The position numbers and the translations under genes are program-made. A DNA stretch of 64,000 nucleotides from the human T2T-CHM13v2.0 reference genome, Homo sapiens: assembly GCF_009914755.1 (NCBI RefSeq), contig NC_060927.1; one strand, 5' to 3'. The first letter of the stretch is position 1; each line of letters starts with the position of its first letter. The notes below the pieces were generated by a model. The model was not told where the DNA came from, did no database searches, and saw nothing but the letters and a program-made list of their open reading frames with translations. Shown one piece after another: positions 25,703 through 40,904 of this stretch.

Positions 25703-27069
25703 AAGATATAGAAATCTCATTGAAATAAACTGATAGTAACTTAAAGAGCCTTTCAAGTTTTGGACCTTTTGTGTGGGAAGAGTGCAGAACTGATAGTTAA
25801 GAATTGAGCTTATTAAAATCTCCAAAACAACTAGAATTGAACCATTTTCTGACCAGGGAGAAACAATTCAGACAGACTTGAATTGGTCTGCCTAAATCAC
25901 CCAATAAAAAAAAAAGACAAATAATCCAGTATTTTTTCATCTCAGTGTTCAAATGTGAAAAAATCTGTGTAAATGTTTGTAACCTGTCATATGTCTCTTC
26001 TGGTTCTGTTCTACCAAGTCATCTGAAGGTACTATAGGAAACTCTTCAGCAGTTTCCACTGAAACCTTAGAAAATCTTACTTTCATGGGTTACGGAAAGC
26101 AGGAAACCAAATTAAGTTTTGACTGCCAAGGAGGGAAAGAGTGAATCATTTTCATTTGATGGTTGCCAAATCATCAATCATTCTAAATTAATTCTCATTC
26201 CCTCTGACACTTGAGAAATACCAAAATGCACTTGAGAAAATGTCCTCAAGAAAATCTGGGATGTAGGAGCTCTGGTTCTTTGTATCTGTAAGGGCTATCA
26301 CCTTAAGAATTTAGCATTCCACACCCATGATGGAGCTTAGGATTGCCAATTGAGTTGGAGTTCCTTAATTTGTAATATTTGGCAAGATTCATTGGAACTC
26401 TATAGGCCTGAGGGCACCCATATATTCCACACAATTCTTTTCAAAATATTATCAACTTTTTAAAAGATGCAAATATGTGTGAGAGCTATAAATTCTCCTA
26501 TTTTAAATATCATGCTGTCCCTTTGGGAGAATCTCATGGGCATAGATAATTACTTCTATATGAAGAATAATGAATCACAACATTTTTTGATTCATATCTA
26601 CACTCTTCTGGCAGGTCGCTGGCATGAATCACATGCAAATGAATGAAATGTTTTCTGAATTTTACTAGCACAGATATACTATACATCATACTCTAAAATA
26701 TATGTAAGATAGGATAAAATAGAATATTTCTGTCCCAACCATTCTTCTCTCAAAAGGAAGATACAGAACGAACCAATCTGCCATTTCACCTGAAAAAGTT
26801 GTCAAAGAACAGGGCCTTCCACTGTTCAGCAGCCTAGGACAAGATCTCTTGGGGAAGGAAGTAGAAAATAGGGATTTTAAAATATCTCTATAGTCTCTTT
26901 GAGGTTTTAGATAAAAGCGTTGGCTTACAATGTAATGTAACATGTGTCTTCTAGTCAATAAATAATCATTTATTGTGCCTCTATTAAATGCCTAGCACTT
27001 GACTAACTTTCTGGGGACGCCCCTCCAATAAAAGACTTTGAATGTGCTCTTAATAACATTACAGTTTAA

Positions 27070-27500
<431 letters not shown>

Positions 27501-27846
27501 AGAGTGGTCTTTAAGAATCAAATTTCTCCAGGAGGATGAGGGGAAAAAACTTCATAGACTAAAAACAATACTTGGCTCATAATCACAGCAATAATAGCTA
27601 ACTAATACTTATTGCAAACTTGCCATGTGCCAGAACCTGTTCCAAGCACTTAACATGTATTAGCTTATTTTAATCCTCCCATCCATATAAGGCATTCAAA
27701 ATCATTAGATGTATTTAATAAATAAGTCAATTGGTATTTGTAGAGACTAATTTCTAAAAAAATTGCATTCATAGTGATGGGCATATGAGGAAGTCACATT
27801 TCCAAGCACAGCATCATGTCAAGTATGGTGGAAGCAACTTCAGTGT

Positions 27847-28199
27847 TATCTTAGTCAGCTCAGGCTGACTGGGTGACTTGAACAACTATCATTTATTTCT
27901 CGCGGTTCTGGAGACTGTGAAGTCCAAGATCACGGCTCTGGCAGATTTGGTGACTGGTAAGGACCTGCTTCTTGATACCCAGATGGCTGTCTTCTCGCTG
28001 TGTCCTCACATTGCAGAGTGCAGAGAGAGCTTTAGTCTTGTCATCTCTTTATAAGAACACTAATCATATATGGGTTCCACTTTCACAACCTCATTTAAAC
28101 CTAATTATTTCCAAAAGCCCAACTCCAAATGCTATCACATTGGGCATTAGAGCTCCAGCATATGAATTTTAGGAGGATGCAAGAATTGAGTCCATAGCA
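27847..28199 (-). mobile_element. Solo MaLR LTR, MLT1A0-like
   Basis: tatcttagtcagctcaggctg..gaagtccaagatc..tgagtccatagca; near-TSD agtgt/agtat. Confidence 0.8.
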
Positions 28200-30229
28200 A
28201 GTATGGAGGTGTGTTGGGAGACAAGAATGTAAGAGCTACAGTGAGCAAGATCATGAGGGACCTTGTCATCATGTGAACTATTTTGGACTTTATACTGCCA
28301 GAAATTGGAAGGTCATGATGTTTTGAAGCAGGAAAATGACACATAAGATTAGTTTTCAGTTAAAAAAAAAATTGCTAGTGACTGTGTAGAGAATACATTG
28401 GGAGAGTGTTAGACTTGCTGCATCCGCTAGGGGACAATAGGCATAGCTAGACAGGAAAAATAATAAAGGTCAGAACTAAACATAATGAAACTGAGAAGGA
28501 GGATGCTTTGCTGAGGCAGTATGCATAAGTCTTGAGGACTCATTGATTGGAGGGTTCTTTGATATAGACAAGGGGGTTCAAGATTACTTTTAAATTCTGA
28601 GTCTGGGTCTCTGAGTTAGGCAGATTTCTAGATTGCATAACTATTTTTCCCTGATAGATATGATACTAAAAAGAAATCAGTTTTGGGGAGACTATGTATA
28701 TTTTTGTAACTTTGTATTTGTTAGAACTGGAATTACTTCGGGATATTCAGTTCAAGATTTCTAGTAGGCAGTTGGCGGTAAATGTGTGGTGTGTACTTGG
28801 GTATGCACACACACATATACAAATACATTTGGGGTTTGGAAGTTCTATCACTTATTTAGTCAGTTATTTTGTTGCAAAATCTGAATGCTTTACATACTGA
28901 GTACCCTAAACAAATCAACAAGCATTTGTTGAATGACTGATTCAAAAAGTTCTACACAATTGATGTAGGTTTTAATCTACATCACCACAGCTCTCCTCAA
29001 TATTTCAAGAAAAAATTATGGTTGCCCTCTTTTCTAAATCTGAAATGCAGCATTGGTAAGTTGGAAAAATTTGCTGCTCTTCTCTTCATTCCATTTTCTG
29101 TTTTGCAGGTTGTGGGCAAGGCAAATAAAAGAAATTTATTTTCATCGACTGCTTAAAAAAGAGTATTCAGAGGGTGGAGAAATTAAATCTACAGTAGATC
29201 TAAGTTTGATATAAACATTTAAACTAATGCCTATGTTAGAAAATCTGTTGTATTGCTTATGATTATTTTAAAATTCCTTGAGCTACCTTTGTTTTATTAG
29301 AATAGTCAGAGCCATATCCCAGAGCTTCCCATTTCTTCCTGAATCAAGGGTGGAATGTGATTATAGATCAAATTTTAACATGCAACAAATATTTTTATGT
29401 AAAAGATCCTGCAGAGAAGTATCTCTGCAAATTTTAAGGGCTGATTAGCTCTTTGGATCCTAAAGATGGTGAATCTCATGGTAAAAGTTATGACATTTTA
29501 AAAAACTCATTCACTTATACTAAATATAGTTTAGCATGGGGACAAGCCTTGTTTATATGATGCACTTCCCTATTGTCAAATATCAATTGAATATCACGCA
29601 CATAGAGAAGGCAGAACAGAAATTAAAACCCAATATTTCAATGCAACATTTTCTTCTCCCCTTTTGCTATTCCTCCAACTCAGTGTCTGAGAATAGGTAA
29701 TAAATCAAATTACTGAAAGACATAGTTCTCCAGCTTGATTGCTATAAGAGACTAGTGAGAGCAAGGCCCAGGAGAAATTGAAAGGAAAAAGAAGAGGAAG
29801 AAAATGGGGTAGGGAAGAAACTGATTCAAATCAATGCCAACATCAAAAAAAAAAAAAAAGGTAAATCAGAGAAAAAAAAAAAAAAGCTTCCAGAAAAAAG
29901 GAATGTCTATATCCTTAAAACAAGACAGAGAGACTTCTATTAAAACAGATGGCATATTGCAACATTCATATAAATGAATATAAAAAGGACAAAGAGGAGA
30001 GAGCATGCTTCCATTGGATATTTAAGGGAATGCTACTCCCTTCTGAAATGGTGAGAAGAAAAAGAATGTACTCTCTTCAGGAAGAAAATTTAGTATTCTT
30101 ATAAGGGATGTGCTTACTGAGTTCTCTGTTGAATCCAGTTTAGCATTATCTTTGTCAGACTTCGTTTCTTAGCAGGAACTACACGAAGAAGGATTTGCTT
30201 TTTAGATTTTCATCTTAAGGAAAGAACAA

Positions 30230-30395
30230 AGGTTTTGAATGAGAGTATGTAGGATCAGCATCCAAAGTCTACCACTTGATATGTGTGTAATCTTGGATAA
30301 ATACCCCTGACTCTTTAAGTCTCAATTTTCTCACCAGACCAATGAAGAAAGTAAAGCTCATAGGCTTCTTAATGAATCTTAAATGAGAAAATGAA
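30230..30395 (+). mobile_element. MIR fragment
   Basis: tctaccacttg..tgtgtaatcttggataa..tctcaattttctca..ttaaatgagaaaatg. Confidence 0.55.
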
Positions 30396-32120
30396 AGGGG
30401 CCATGGCCAGGAGAAGGTACATTTTGTCTCATCGAGTTCAGTTTTGAAAATGTTATCTCAAGGGCCCACTTAGACAACTTTTGAGCTTCAGAATCTGAGA
30501 AGCTGGCCTAAGGAATTTTTCCAACGAGCAGTTTACAGAAGGGTAGGCTAGGAATACTGTAGGAGCACCTGAAGAGGAAAGAAAGCATGTGGGAGCCTGC
30601 TCCTTGTTCCTTCTGTTCAGATAAACTGCTGAATATGTTAAGCTAGACTAGAAACTGATGAAACAAGAGTTTTTCTTCGGGTCATCTACAACACAGCTTT
30701 TCACTCTGAAAGGTAACAAGATAGAATGTGCATGAGAGCACTTGGAAAACAATAGCTCTATTTAAATAAAAGGCCTTGTTATTCTTTCTAAAGCTTCTGG
30801 AGCAAGGTATGCCTGTACCGTGTTATGTTGGCTTTGGGCAGTGTGCGTCTCTTAAATGGAGGTCAGGTGCCTGAACCCCTACTTAACTTGAACTACTGAA
30901 GCTTCCATTATCCTCTTCATTGATCCGGAGAGGCAAGCACAAATAAAACCCAAATGACTGTCTCCAACAACAAGGAATCTTTAAATGTGCATCATTTGGC
31001 AGTGGCATTATCTTAAGACGATTATCCAGTGTATAAATGTTTATTGCCTTGCTTTAAGATGCACAATGTAAGATTAACAATCATGGTGTTTTTCGTATAA
31101 ATGCAATATTTCTGCTATTGTGTTTGTGGAATTCAGCTAGATAATAATTGATTCCGTGACAGGGATTGGCTAATTTGCCAACAGTATAGTATAAAACACA
31201 TTTATACAGTCAATTACACCCAAGTGCATGGCCTATTTGCTTTATAATTTCATAAACTTGCCAGCAATTTAAATAAAAAAGTTCCATTAAATTATCATAT
31301 CATGTGATGGAATGATATTGCCAAGTATATTAAACCATGTGTGTTCAGCCAGAATTAATTAAATATTATTACTTTTTTCTTATTAACACATTGAACTTAC
31401 CCTTCCTACTCTCTACTCGAAATAGAAGCCTATTAGTGAATAAAGTAAACTTAAGGGCAAAGTTTAAACATTTTCCTGAGGGTGTTTCATTAAGAACCCT
31501 GGTTCTTTTGTTTAAACATTTGCTCTTGGTAAATGTACTTGTATTGTGAAAATATTTTATGTTCTTAGATATGAATACTGGAAAGTTTAAAGAATACTTT
31601 TACTTAATTATTTGGGTATTCAAGAAGGAAACATTTATGTCTTCAGCTTAGAGAAAGTCATGATATAAACTATTTCCCTATTATTCCAATATTATTTGTT
31701 TATGACTATATTATTTGTGGCACTATGAATCTATCTAATCTTAGTAAGGGTAAGATGCAAGTCTGGATAATTTAGCAATTCAAAAATGAATAAAATACAA
31801 TATTTTCTAACACAGCAGATACCTGTTTCATATGAAATAAATTAACCAGGCCTCCCCAAGGGACTCATAGTTCAATAATTCTGCAGTGAACAATAAGAAT
31901 TAAACTCTTAATATTGCCCTTGTTTTATTTTATTAAAAGTAAAATATAGAGATGAACTTCTCCCTGACATATACTAATTATTCTAATTAGGTGCTCAGGG
32001 TAACAAACACACTTGACCTTTATTCTCACTCTTGTTCTTTGTCCATATCATAATTTACCAGGTTGCCCCACACTTTATCAATTTGGAATTTCAAGGTGTT
32101 TTTTGGCTTCTTCCTCTTGC

Positions 32121-32149
32121 TGTGTGTGTGTGTGTGTGTGTGTGTGTGT
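32121..32149. repeat. (TG)14 microsatellite
   Basis: Directly visible. Confidence 0.95.
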
Positions 32150-32929
32150 TGATTTTTATTTCTAAATACAGTATTTCTTTCGTTTCATAAATAGAAACAG
32201 TTTCTTTTCTCTTAATAAAGCAAAACATATATATCAGTTAAAAGCAGACTATGGCCATTAAAAGCCAAAGGGAGATTAATTAGAAGCACAGAATGGGCTC
32301 ATGGACTTGGCAGGTGGCTGAAGGAAGAGGTTTAGCAAATGACAGAAACCAGGAATATTTCCAAAGCTGGGCATGCAGCAGGATCCACAACAAGACCACT
32401 CCATAGGAATGGTTGGATTTCATGCTACCTCTGTTCCTACATTGAATCTTACAGCAAATTCCTCCCATACCGTGAGTTCTCTGTTTAGCATCAAAGTCCT
32501 GGAGGAGAAGGATGCCATGAGTGTGCCTTGCAGCTCTAGGTGAAAGGAGGGAAGACCTGGTTTCTTCAACATCTTTTGTGGGAGGTGGGCACTGTCCTCA
32601 GCCAAGCTGTACAGAGCAGGAACATCCTTAAAGGGAATAGTAAGGTGAAAGAAAACAAATGAGTGTGATTGTTACAACTCAACCCCCCAAAAATAAATAA
32701 ATAAAATAGAAAATTGTTGACCAAATAGCAAAGTAAATTAAAGTGCAAAGTGCAAATGCCTTTATAGACTACCAGATATTAACAATATTAATAGCTTAAT
32801 TAGACCTATTCAATCTTGTGTATTTACATATGAAAATACATCTTATTATATCATACCATGTATATTATTCTGTAACTCCATGTAAACTTTGAATATTAAA
32901 TAACTGTTAACCTTTTTATTTTAACATGT

Positions 32930-33210
32930 GGAGATTTACCCAAATTTTATGGTTTTCTAGTATTCCATTGTATGGATTTTCATAATTTATTTAGCCAAAT
33001 TTCTATTGATAGGTATTAAGACTGTTTTTAATTCTCTCACTATTATGAACGTCTTTACAAATTTATCTTTGCCTTCTTCAATTATTTCCTTAAGAACAAT
33101 TTTCAGAATTGGAACTTATAGGTCAAAGGTTATCCTCATTTGAAAAATATTGCCAAATTGCTCTCTAGAAAGACAGTGACAATTTACACCCCCACAAACG
33201 GTATATGTGA
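32930..33210 (-). mobile_element. L1ME-type 3' fragment
   Basis: tagtattccattgtatgga..ctattgataggta..attgccaaattgctctctagaaag..aatttacacccccac. Confidence 0.65.
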
Positions 33211-36198
33211 TGAAATCATTAACATCATCAACTTCTTCATCATTTTTCCTTCTTAATCACCAGAAAGGTGTGAAAAAACCCTTACGCTTAAACATAAAGA
33301 TTTATAATTACTAGCACTTACCTTAATAAGACAGTGCTTACAATTGGGTAAGCATAGCTTTCACAACAGTCTACTCAGACTCAGCAGATATTTAATTATT
33401 GTAGTCAAAAGAATTTACCTTGAATAATGGTGTAGACAGGAGTCTAACAGACTGTATATTTTACTTGCTTCCTGTGTACTTTGTTACACATAGTGTTATT
33501 TATTCCGTGTAGGTGACTTTAAATTTATGTAATTGTACACATCAGATCTATGAGTCAACCAAAATTCTACTTATCTGCAGTGATATAATGAGGATAAAGA
33601 GACTTTGCCCAAAGAATTCAGGTTTTGATAATCATCCTTTTCCCTTTACAATGGTAATTGAAAATCCACCTTCTTTTACTAATCACATAGAAAAATTCTC
33701 ACATTTAAGGAATCCTTGTCCTTGAAGTTTTATTTACACTGATGTTGAAAATATACAGTATTTCCAAAGCATTTCAAAAATCAGGGAAACTATTTTGACA
33801 AGAGGAGACTGTGTTAATGCCAAACTTGAAAATGTGAAGATTTTGCTTATTCGAGTGAGTGGTGTTTTTGAATAAGACAAAATCTATAATCTTAGTAAAT
33901 ATTACACACTATTATTAAAGAAGCAGAAAAGAATTGTGCTAGAGTTAATTAAGGCTTTAAGAAATGCCTGCTTTTATTGGCAAAAAAAAATTTTGTTGCA
34001 ACAAGAAAACTAAAAATTAAGAGGATGGTTGGCAGCAATATTGATATGCTAATGGATAAACATGCTAATTTAGAAAAAAACTAATCAGCAAAGACATTAC
34101 TAATGGAAATGTACAGGAAATGGCTAATGCTGTATGCAAACCTGGTATCTACAAAATTAAGAAGAAACCAGTTTTGTTTTCATAATTGTAACTAGAGAGT
34201 CAGAATCTTCTCTAAGTAAGCTTTGCTACAGGAAGATAGTGACAAATTTGCTGGGTGCTAGCAGAGCTAATATATACACACACACATACATGTATATATG
34301 TATATATTTATATTACACCCACTTACATACAATAGGACACTAAGGCCTCTATTATCCCAGTCTCATAGGTACTAGGTGGCAACCTCCACATGAGAAAAGC
34401 AGACAATGACTTTTCAGGTAAAACAGTCTCTGAATTTGATGGGCATTAAGTGGTAATTTTATTGACAAAATTAACCTGATGAATATAATTCTTCAAATGT
34501 ACATATATTCTGAGCAGTTCCTTTCCTTTGCTTTGTTTTCTAAACTCAAAGATAGGCACTTAAATACCTACAGGACCCAGGACAGTAATTTAAATGAGTA
34601 ACGATGTAATACACTAGGTGTAATTTACTAGGAAGTAGTAGGGATTGAGGCAAACTGAAGAACTAACTTTACAAGGGCAGATAATACTCAGTCCAGAAAT
34701 GTCAGGCCAGAATGAGTCCCTGATGTCACCAGATCTAATTTTTCAAGAGAAGCTGGAAACACAAGCTTTTAAATAAAATTTCTTCAAATTGTAAAATGTT
34801 GAATCAGCCAATTTAGGCTTAAATTGACTTAATAATAAATTTTTCTCCTCCTGCCATCATCATCCTTGATTGACATCCTTTCACCTTATATACCCTTGCT
34901 GTTATGTACAATTGCATTTAGTCCTCAGCATGGTCAGCCCTCCACATTGCCATCTGAGAATGAAAATGAGAATTCAGCACCCCTTTTTAAAGAGAGCCTT
35001 CAAACATTTAATTAACTTTGCTTTATTTCTGACTGTTCTTTCTCCTCTGGCTGAAATGTGGAACCATTATCAGTTTGGGCCAGTGGCAACAAGTTATTCT
35101 CACTGAATATAATGTCCCTTTGTATCTCAGGTATAGGTCAAGGTCTTGGAAACATGCTCAAAAGATATAGACTCTGGCCCTTCAAAAGAACTGTTTTTCT
35201 TCAAAACTGTTGTGTGTTTGCCTTGGTATTACATCCATTTAGAAGCTCATGAGATTAACATTGCCAATTTCTGTTTTCATTTTTGTGGTAGCAACCATTG
35301 TTCAAGGACAATGTGGGTCAATGTTTTGGAAGACATTTTGAGAGAGGATATTAATTGATACATGAAAATATCTCAATTCATTAGCTATCATTATAATGAT
35401 TTTATTTTACCTTAGAAATTCAAACATCTTATTGGTAATTGATAGTTACTTGTGAATCTTATGGAGGAAAGGCAATTTGTTTGAAAAATACATATTGTTG
35501 GAATTGAGAACAAAAATGTAGACAAGAACCCAATTAGTAAATATAAAAATTGTTCCTGTGTGATTTGTGTATATTAGGTTTTACTCCATTCTATAAACAT
35601 ACCATATCTACAAAAGATCTTCCTGTGGAAAATGGAATTATTTGAGGATATACCCTAAAACTGCCAATATAATTAAAAATATCCTCATTCTGATTACATT
35701 CTGAGAATTATGCTTAATATATCACCTTCAACTTTAAGAAGAATGAACAATTCTAAACAAAGCAATTGTTAACTTTTGTCATTGGTGAATCAATAAAGTT
35801 CTTAGGGCCAACAGCCAATAATTGAAAGTACTTTAGTTGCCGCATTGGCTGGATGGAGAGAGATTCTTACTGTTCAGGATTAAATATGTTTCTTTTACGT
35901 CAGAATTTTTGTCTGGGAGCTCTGTAACAACTAGAGGTAGCTTTTGGTTTTCAGAACTAAAAGGAATTTACCACTCAGAAACACAGAGGCAAAGGAATGA
36001 AGCAATGTAGAGGGAACTGAGGCCCAATTAACAGGCAGAATAGATATGAGGAAGAAATTCATAGTGGCCATTGCTTAGATAACGATCAATAATATCCAGC
36101 CAAGATGTCAGGTGTTGGGAAGATATTGGAGCCAAAGTAAGTAGTGGACAGTCAGAAGGAGGAGAAAAAGAGAGGACCTAAAGAACTACCTTGAACTC

Positions 36199-36706
36199 TG
36201 TCTTAGTTTGGGTTCTCTTGAAAGCAGAAGCCAAAAGGGTTGGATATAGGTTATTTATTTGGGAATTGATCCCAGGTAGCAGGGAGTAGGGAACAGGGAG
36301 GGTAAGATGGGCAACTATCAAAGGTAATAAACTACATTACTGAGCTGGTTATTGCTGTGAGCAATTAGGGCTCAGTCCAGCTGAGGAAATGTGGGGAACT
36401 CTGTAGAAAGTGCATCCAAATTATTTCTCTAAGAACCAGAGGTCTGGGGAAATATCCACCAACACCCCTCCTTCATTGGTTGAGGGATTTCTCTGAGAGT
36501 GTTAACTCCTTTCACTCACAGGGATCATCTACCTGCCTTCTGAGAACAATCTTTTGGCTTCATGTAAAACCCTAGGAAAGAAAAGCAGAGTGATGCTGAG
36601 TTGCTGATTGAAGTGGGATAATATCAGCATGTACAAAACTACAGCTGCACATAATATGAGCTGGGCTGAGGGGATGTGACGCAGAGCACAAAAACAATTT
36701 GATGCA
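36199..36706 (-). mobile_element. ERVL LTR, LTR33-like
   Basis: tgtcttagtttgggttctc..aagcaga..ttatttatttgggaattgatcccagg..cattggttgaggg..gttaactcc. Confidence 0.7.
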
Positions 36707-36837
36707 AGCACCACATAGTGCTTGGGCCTTAGCCCTATGGAATGGCAGATTTGTGGAGTGTGGGTAAAGTGGGCTAACTAACAAAGAAATGGATATGAAG
36801 AAATCCTCCAAACCCACTGGCATCCTGAGCCAATATC

Positions 36838-38052
36838 TTTTTATTTCTGTATTTCTTCTTTAAAAAATGGGATACATGTGCAGAACGTGCAGGCTTGTTA
36901 CATAGGTATATGTGTTCAATGGTGGTTTGCTGCACCTATTGACCTGTCCTCTAATTTCCATCTCCTCAACCCTTACCCCCCAACAGGCCCTGGTGTGTGA
37001 TGTTCCCCTCTAAATGTCCATGTGTTCTCAATGTTCAGCTCCCACTTATGAGTAAGAACATGTAGTGTTTGGATTTCTGTTCCTGTGTTAGTTTGCTGAG
37101 GATGATGGCTTCCAGCTTTATCCATGTCCCTGCAAAGACATGATCTCATTCCTTTTGATAACTGCATAGTATTCCATTGTGTACATGTACCACATTTCCT
37201 TTATCCAGTCTATCATTGATGGGCATTTGGGTTGCTTCCATGTCTTTACTATTGTAAATAGTGCTGCAGTAAACATATCTGTGCATGTATCTTTATAGTA
37301 GAATGATTTATATTCATTTGGGTATATATCCAGTGATGAGATTGCTGGGTCAAATGGTATTTCTGCTTCTAGATCCTTGAGGAATCGCCATACTGTCTTC
37401 CACAATAGTTGAACTAATCTACACTCCCACCAACAGTGTAAAAGCGTTCGTATTTCTCCACAGCCTCACCATCATCTATTGTTTCCTGAATTTTTAATAA
37501 TCACCACTCTGACTGGCGTGAGATGGTATCTCATTGTGATTTTGATTTGCATTTCTCTGATGATCAGTGATGTTGAGCTTTTTTTCATATGTTTGTTGGC
37601 TGTATAAACGTCTTCTTTCGAGAAGTGTCTGTTCATAACCTTTGCCCACTTTTTGATGGGGTTATTTGCTTTTTTTTCTTGTGAATATGTTTGAGTTCCT
37701 TGTAAATTCTGGATATTAGCCTTTTGTCAGATGGGTAGATTGCAAAAATTTTCTCCCATTCTATAGGTTGCCTGTTCACTCTGATGACAGTGTCTTTCAC
37801 TGTGTAGAAGCTCTTTAGTTTAATTAGATCCCATTTGTCAATTTTGACTTTTGTTGCAATTGCTTTTGGCATTTTGTCATGAAGTCTTTGTCCATGCGTA
37901 TGTGCTGAATGGTACTGCTTAAGTTTTTTCTCTATGGTTTAGAGTTTTGGGTCTTACATTTAAATCTTTAATCCATCTTGAGTTAATTTTTGTATAAGAT
38001 ATAAGGAAGGGGTCCAGTTTCAGTTTTCTCCACATGGCTAGTCAGTTTTCCA
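36838..38052 (-). mobile_element. 5'-truncated L1, L1PA8-like (ORF2 C-terminus plus 3' UTR)
   Basis: ORF track gives [22 protein letters not shown] and WKTVWRFLKDLEAEIPFDPAI (L1 ORF2 C-terminus); 3' UTR gggatacatgtgcagaacgtgcagg. Confidence 0.95.
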
Positions 38053-39057
38053 TTTTCAATGCTATGCTTTCAAGTGGCTTCATATTCAGGTGACACAATT
38101 GCCTCCCCTCCATTATGAATTTTTTTGTTACTGTATCACATCAGATGATGAAACTCTTCCATGATCCCCCAACTCAAACAAGAATTTAGGATCACTTCTC
38201 AAAATCCAGTCAGTCTCCAAACCATGATCTACTAGCCTGCATATATCAAAAAACCCTTTTTTGCTTTTTTTCCCACAGTCTTGACACCATGGATGCCTGC
38301 ACTTGTCTACCTACCTTTATCACGTGCCCTTTCTCACCAATCAGGTCTTGGCTGTCTAGTTCACTACCGCAGCACGGAGCACAGAGCCTGACCCACAGTG
38401 TCCCACTAGATAAATGCCAGAGGTTTTTGTCTCTGCCTCTTGTGCTATCTTCTTTTTCTCTCTCCATAGGACAAGCCACGTCTCAATCTTCGTTAAAGCC
38501 CAGATCTCTCCAGAGTGTGTTCAATTCTATCTTTTCTTCCCAATCCATCTTGAGAAGCCTTGTGCAGTCCCTCTCTGGTGAATATTCTCAATACTTCATC
38601 TGTTTAATTCCAGCATTTCTGTCTTAAAACTCTCATAACCTGGCCATTAATCCTGACTCATGGCTAGGCCATTGTGGGGTCATCATTTTTACAGCTGTTG
38701 AATTTCAGAAATGTAATTAAGTAACTGAACCATCCATTGAAGCAGCTGACTGCTATTTGTACAAATACAGAGCTCCTGTGATTCTCCATCTATTACCCTA
38801 CCAAGTTTGTCATAGATAAACATAATTTTTCCAGTTCTTTGTATTTTTCTATTTGCTTTTACCCAAAGGTAATATAACATGTTTTGTTACATTACTTTTT
38901 TCTATAAATAAAACTTATATTAAAAGTCATTTCTTTCTTTTTAGACAGTTTCACTGTTCCACCTCCAAGCTGTATGACTATTGTAGTTTACTACTAAGTA
39001 CTTTATACAGTGCCTCTTTTGAAATGTGATTTGAAGAAACTTAGGACAAAGAATACG

Positions 39058-40076
39058 CAATTGACTCTTAAATAACCTGAGGTTAGACTGCATGGATTCA
39101 CTTTTATGCAGACTTTTAAAAATAAATATATTGGAAAATTTTTTGGAGACTTGTGACAATTTTCAGGAAAACCTTATAGCCTAGAAATATCAAAAAAATT
39201 AAGAAAAAGTTAGGTAAGTCATGAATGTATAAAATATATGTAGATACTAGTCTATTTTATCATTTACCTTCATAAAATATATACAAATCCATTATAAAAA
39301 GTTAAAATGTATCAAAACATAAACATACAAACAGATCTTACATGGTGTCATTAGAAATCAAGAGAAGTGTAAACAACAGCAAAGATGAGTATTAAGTCAC
39401 AACTGCATAAAATTAACTGTAGTACATAGTGTACTACTATAAACATTTTGTAGCCATCTCCTGTTGCTATTGTGGTGAATTCAGTGTTGCAAGTATCCAA
39501 CCACCGATGCTAGTTATCTCAATGTGAGCAGTTCCTCTCTCCAGTAAGTTGTGTGTAGCAATAAGTGATCTCCCCCGTTCTCCTGTATTTTTCATCATGT
39601 TTAGTGCAATACTTTAACCCTTTAATAACACTATGGGACCCACATGAAGTGCAACTAATGATGCTTGAAGTTCTCCCAAGAAGCAGAGAAAAGTCATGAC
39701 ATTATAAGAAAAAGTTGAGTTGCTTGATATGCACCATAGACTGAGGTCTGCAGTTGAGGTTGCTTGTCATTTCAAACAGATGATATAAATTTACAGTATT
39801 GATAAATACAGTACAGTACTGTAAATGTATTTTCTTTTCCTTTTGATTTTCTTAATAACATTTTTTTCTCTTCCTTACTTTATTGTAAGAGTACAATACA
39901 TAATACGTGTAACATACAAAATATGTATTAATCAACAGTTTATGTTATTGATAAAGCTTCTCATCAACAGTAGGCTATTACTAGTTAAGTTTGGGGGGAA
40001 TTAAAAGTTATACATAGATTTTCAGCTGTGGGAGGAGTGGGTGCCCCTAACCCCTGTGCTGTTCAGGGTTCAAGTA
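39058..40076 (+). mobile_element. Tigger2b-like non-autonomous DNA transposon
   Basis: Degenerate TIRs caattgactcttaaataac / gctgttcagggttcaag; disrupted transposase N-terminus PKKQRKVMTL*EKVELLDMHHRLRSA at ~39675-39775. Confidence 0.85.
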
Positions 40077-40904
40077 TATATCCACAAAGAGTACGAAAGC
40101 AAAAGAGGAAACTAGTTCTGTGGGGAAATGAAAGAAATGATTAAACTGAGCATAAAGATCAATACAGTTCTAATGAAGGAGCAAATTTAGCTAAGCTGTC
40201 TAGCATCTGTGCATAAAGAAAATATGATGGTTGGTCTATCCTCTATATTAACTGAAAAAAGAAGGCATATTAATTCTTCAGGGGAAATATAGGTTTTCCT
40301 GGCTAAGTTCTAATAAATGTATGGAATGTAACACAAGTCAGAGAGGTACATGATAAATAATGTCCTGACAATCGCTCTATAGGGAAAGCAGACAACTCTT
40401 TCTTGTGATTACTGTGGTAGAAGCTGAGGATTTAGCATTAAATTAGTATGAAGGAACAAAGAGCACATACTCTGATTTCAAATAATTTTCCCTTGGTTTA
40501 AGTTCATCTGCATATAGAATTTAGAAAAATTTCAAAAGTGTTGTGTAACACACACTTTTATTTATACTATTTTTACAGCAAATGGTACATGTTTATGTAA
40601 AAAAATAAAAATAAAATTAAATTGCATTCCTACTGATATGTCCCCATACCACCATTTAAATTTGTTATGTATCCATTCCTTCAGATTGTCTTCAATGTTT
40701 TTCTCAACCCCTTACACATATATAAACATTGAGCTTTATTTTTATAAATATCATACTATACAAATATTCTTTAATTTGCATTATTCCTGCAACATATTAT
40801 TTCTCTCTTACATTCTAATTTCCAATGGCATTATTTTTTCTGGCAAAGCTTTTGATAGAATCTAGAGGGGAAAAGGTAAAGATAAACTATTTTGACAAGT
40901 GGAT

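Noticed and set aside
36973-37872. Three ORFs with L1 similarity
   Set aside because: Fragmented C-terminus and 3' UTR of a 5'-truncated L1; not an active element or host gene
39630-39780. Tigger transposase N-terminus
   Set aside because: Multiple stops and internal deletion; non-autonomous relic
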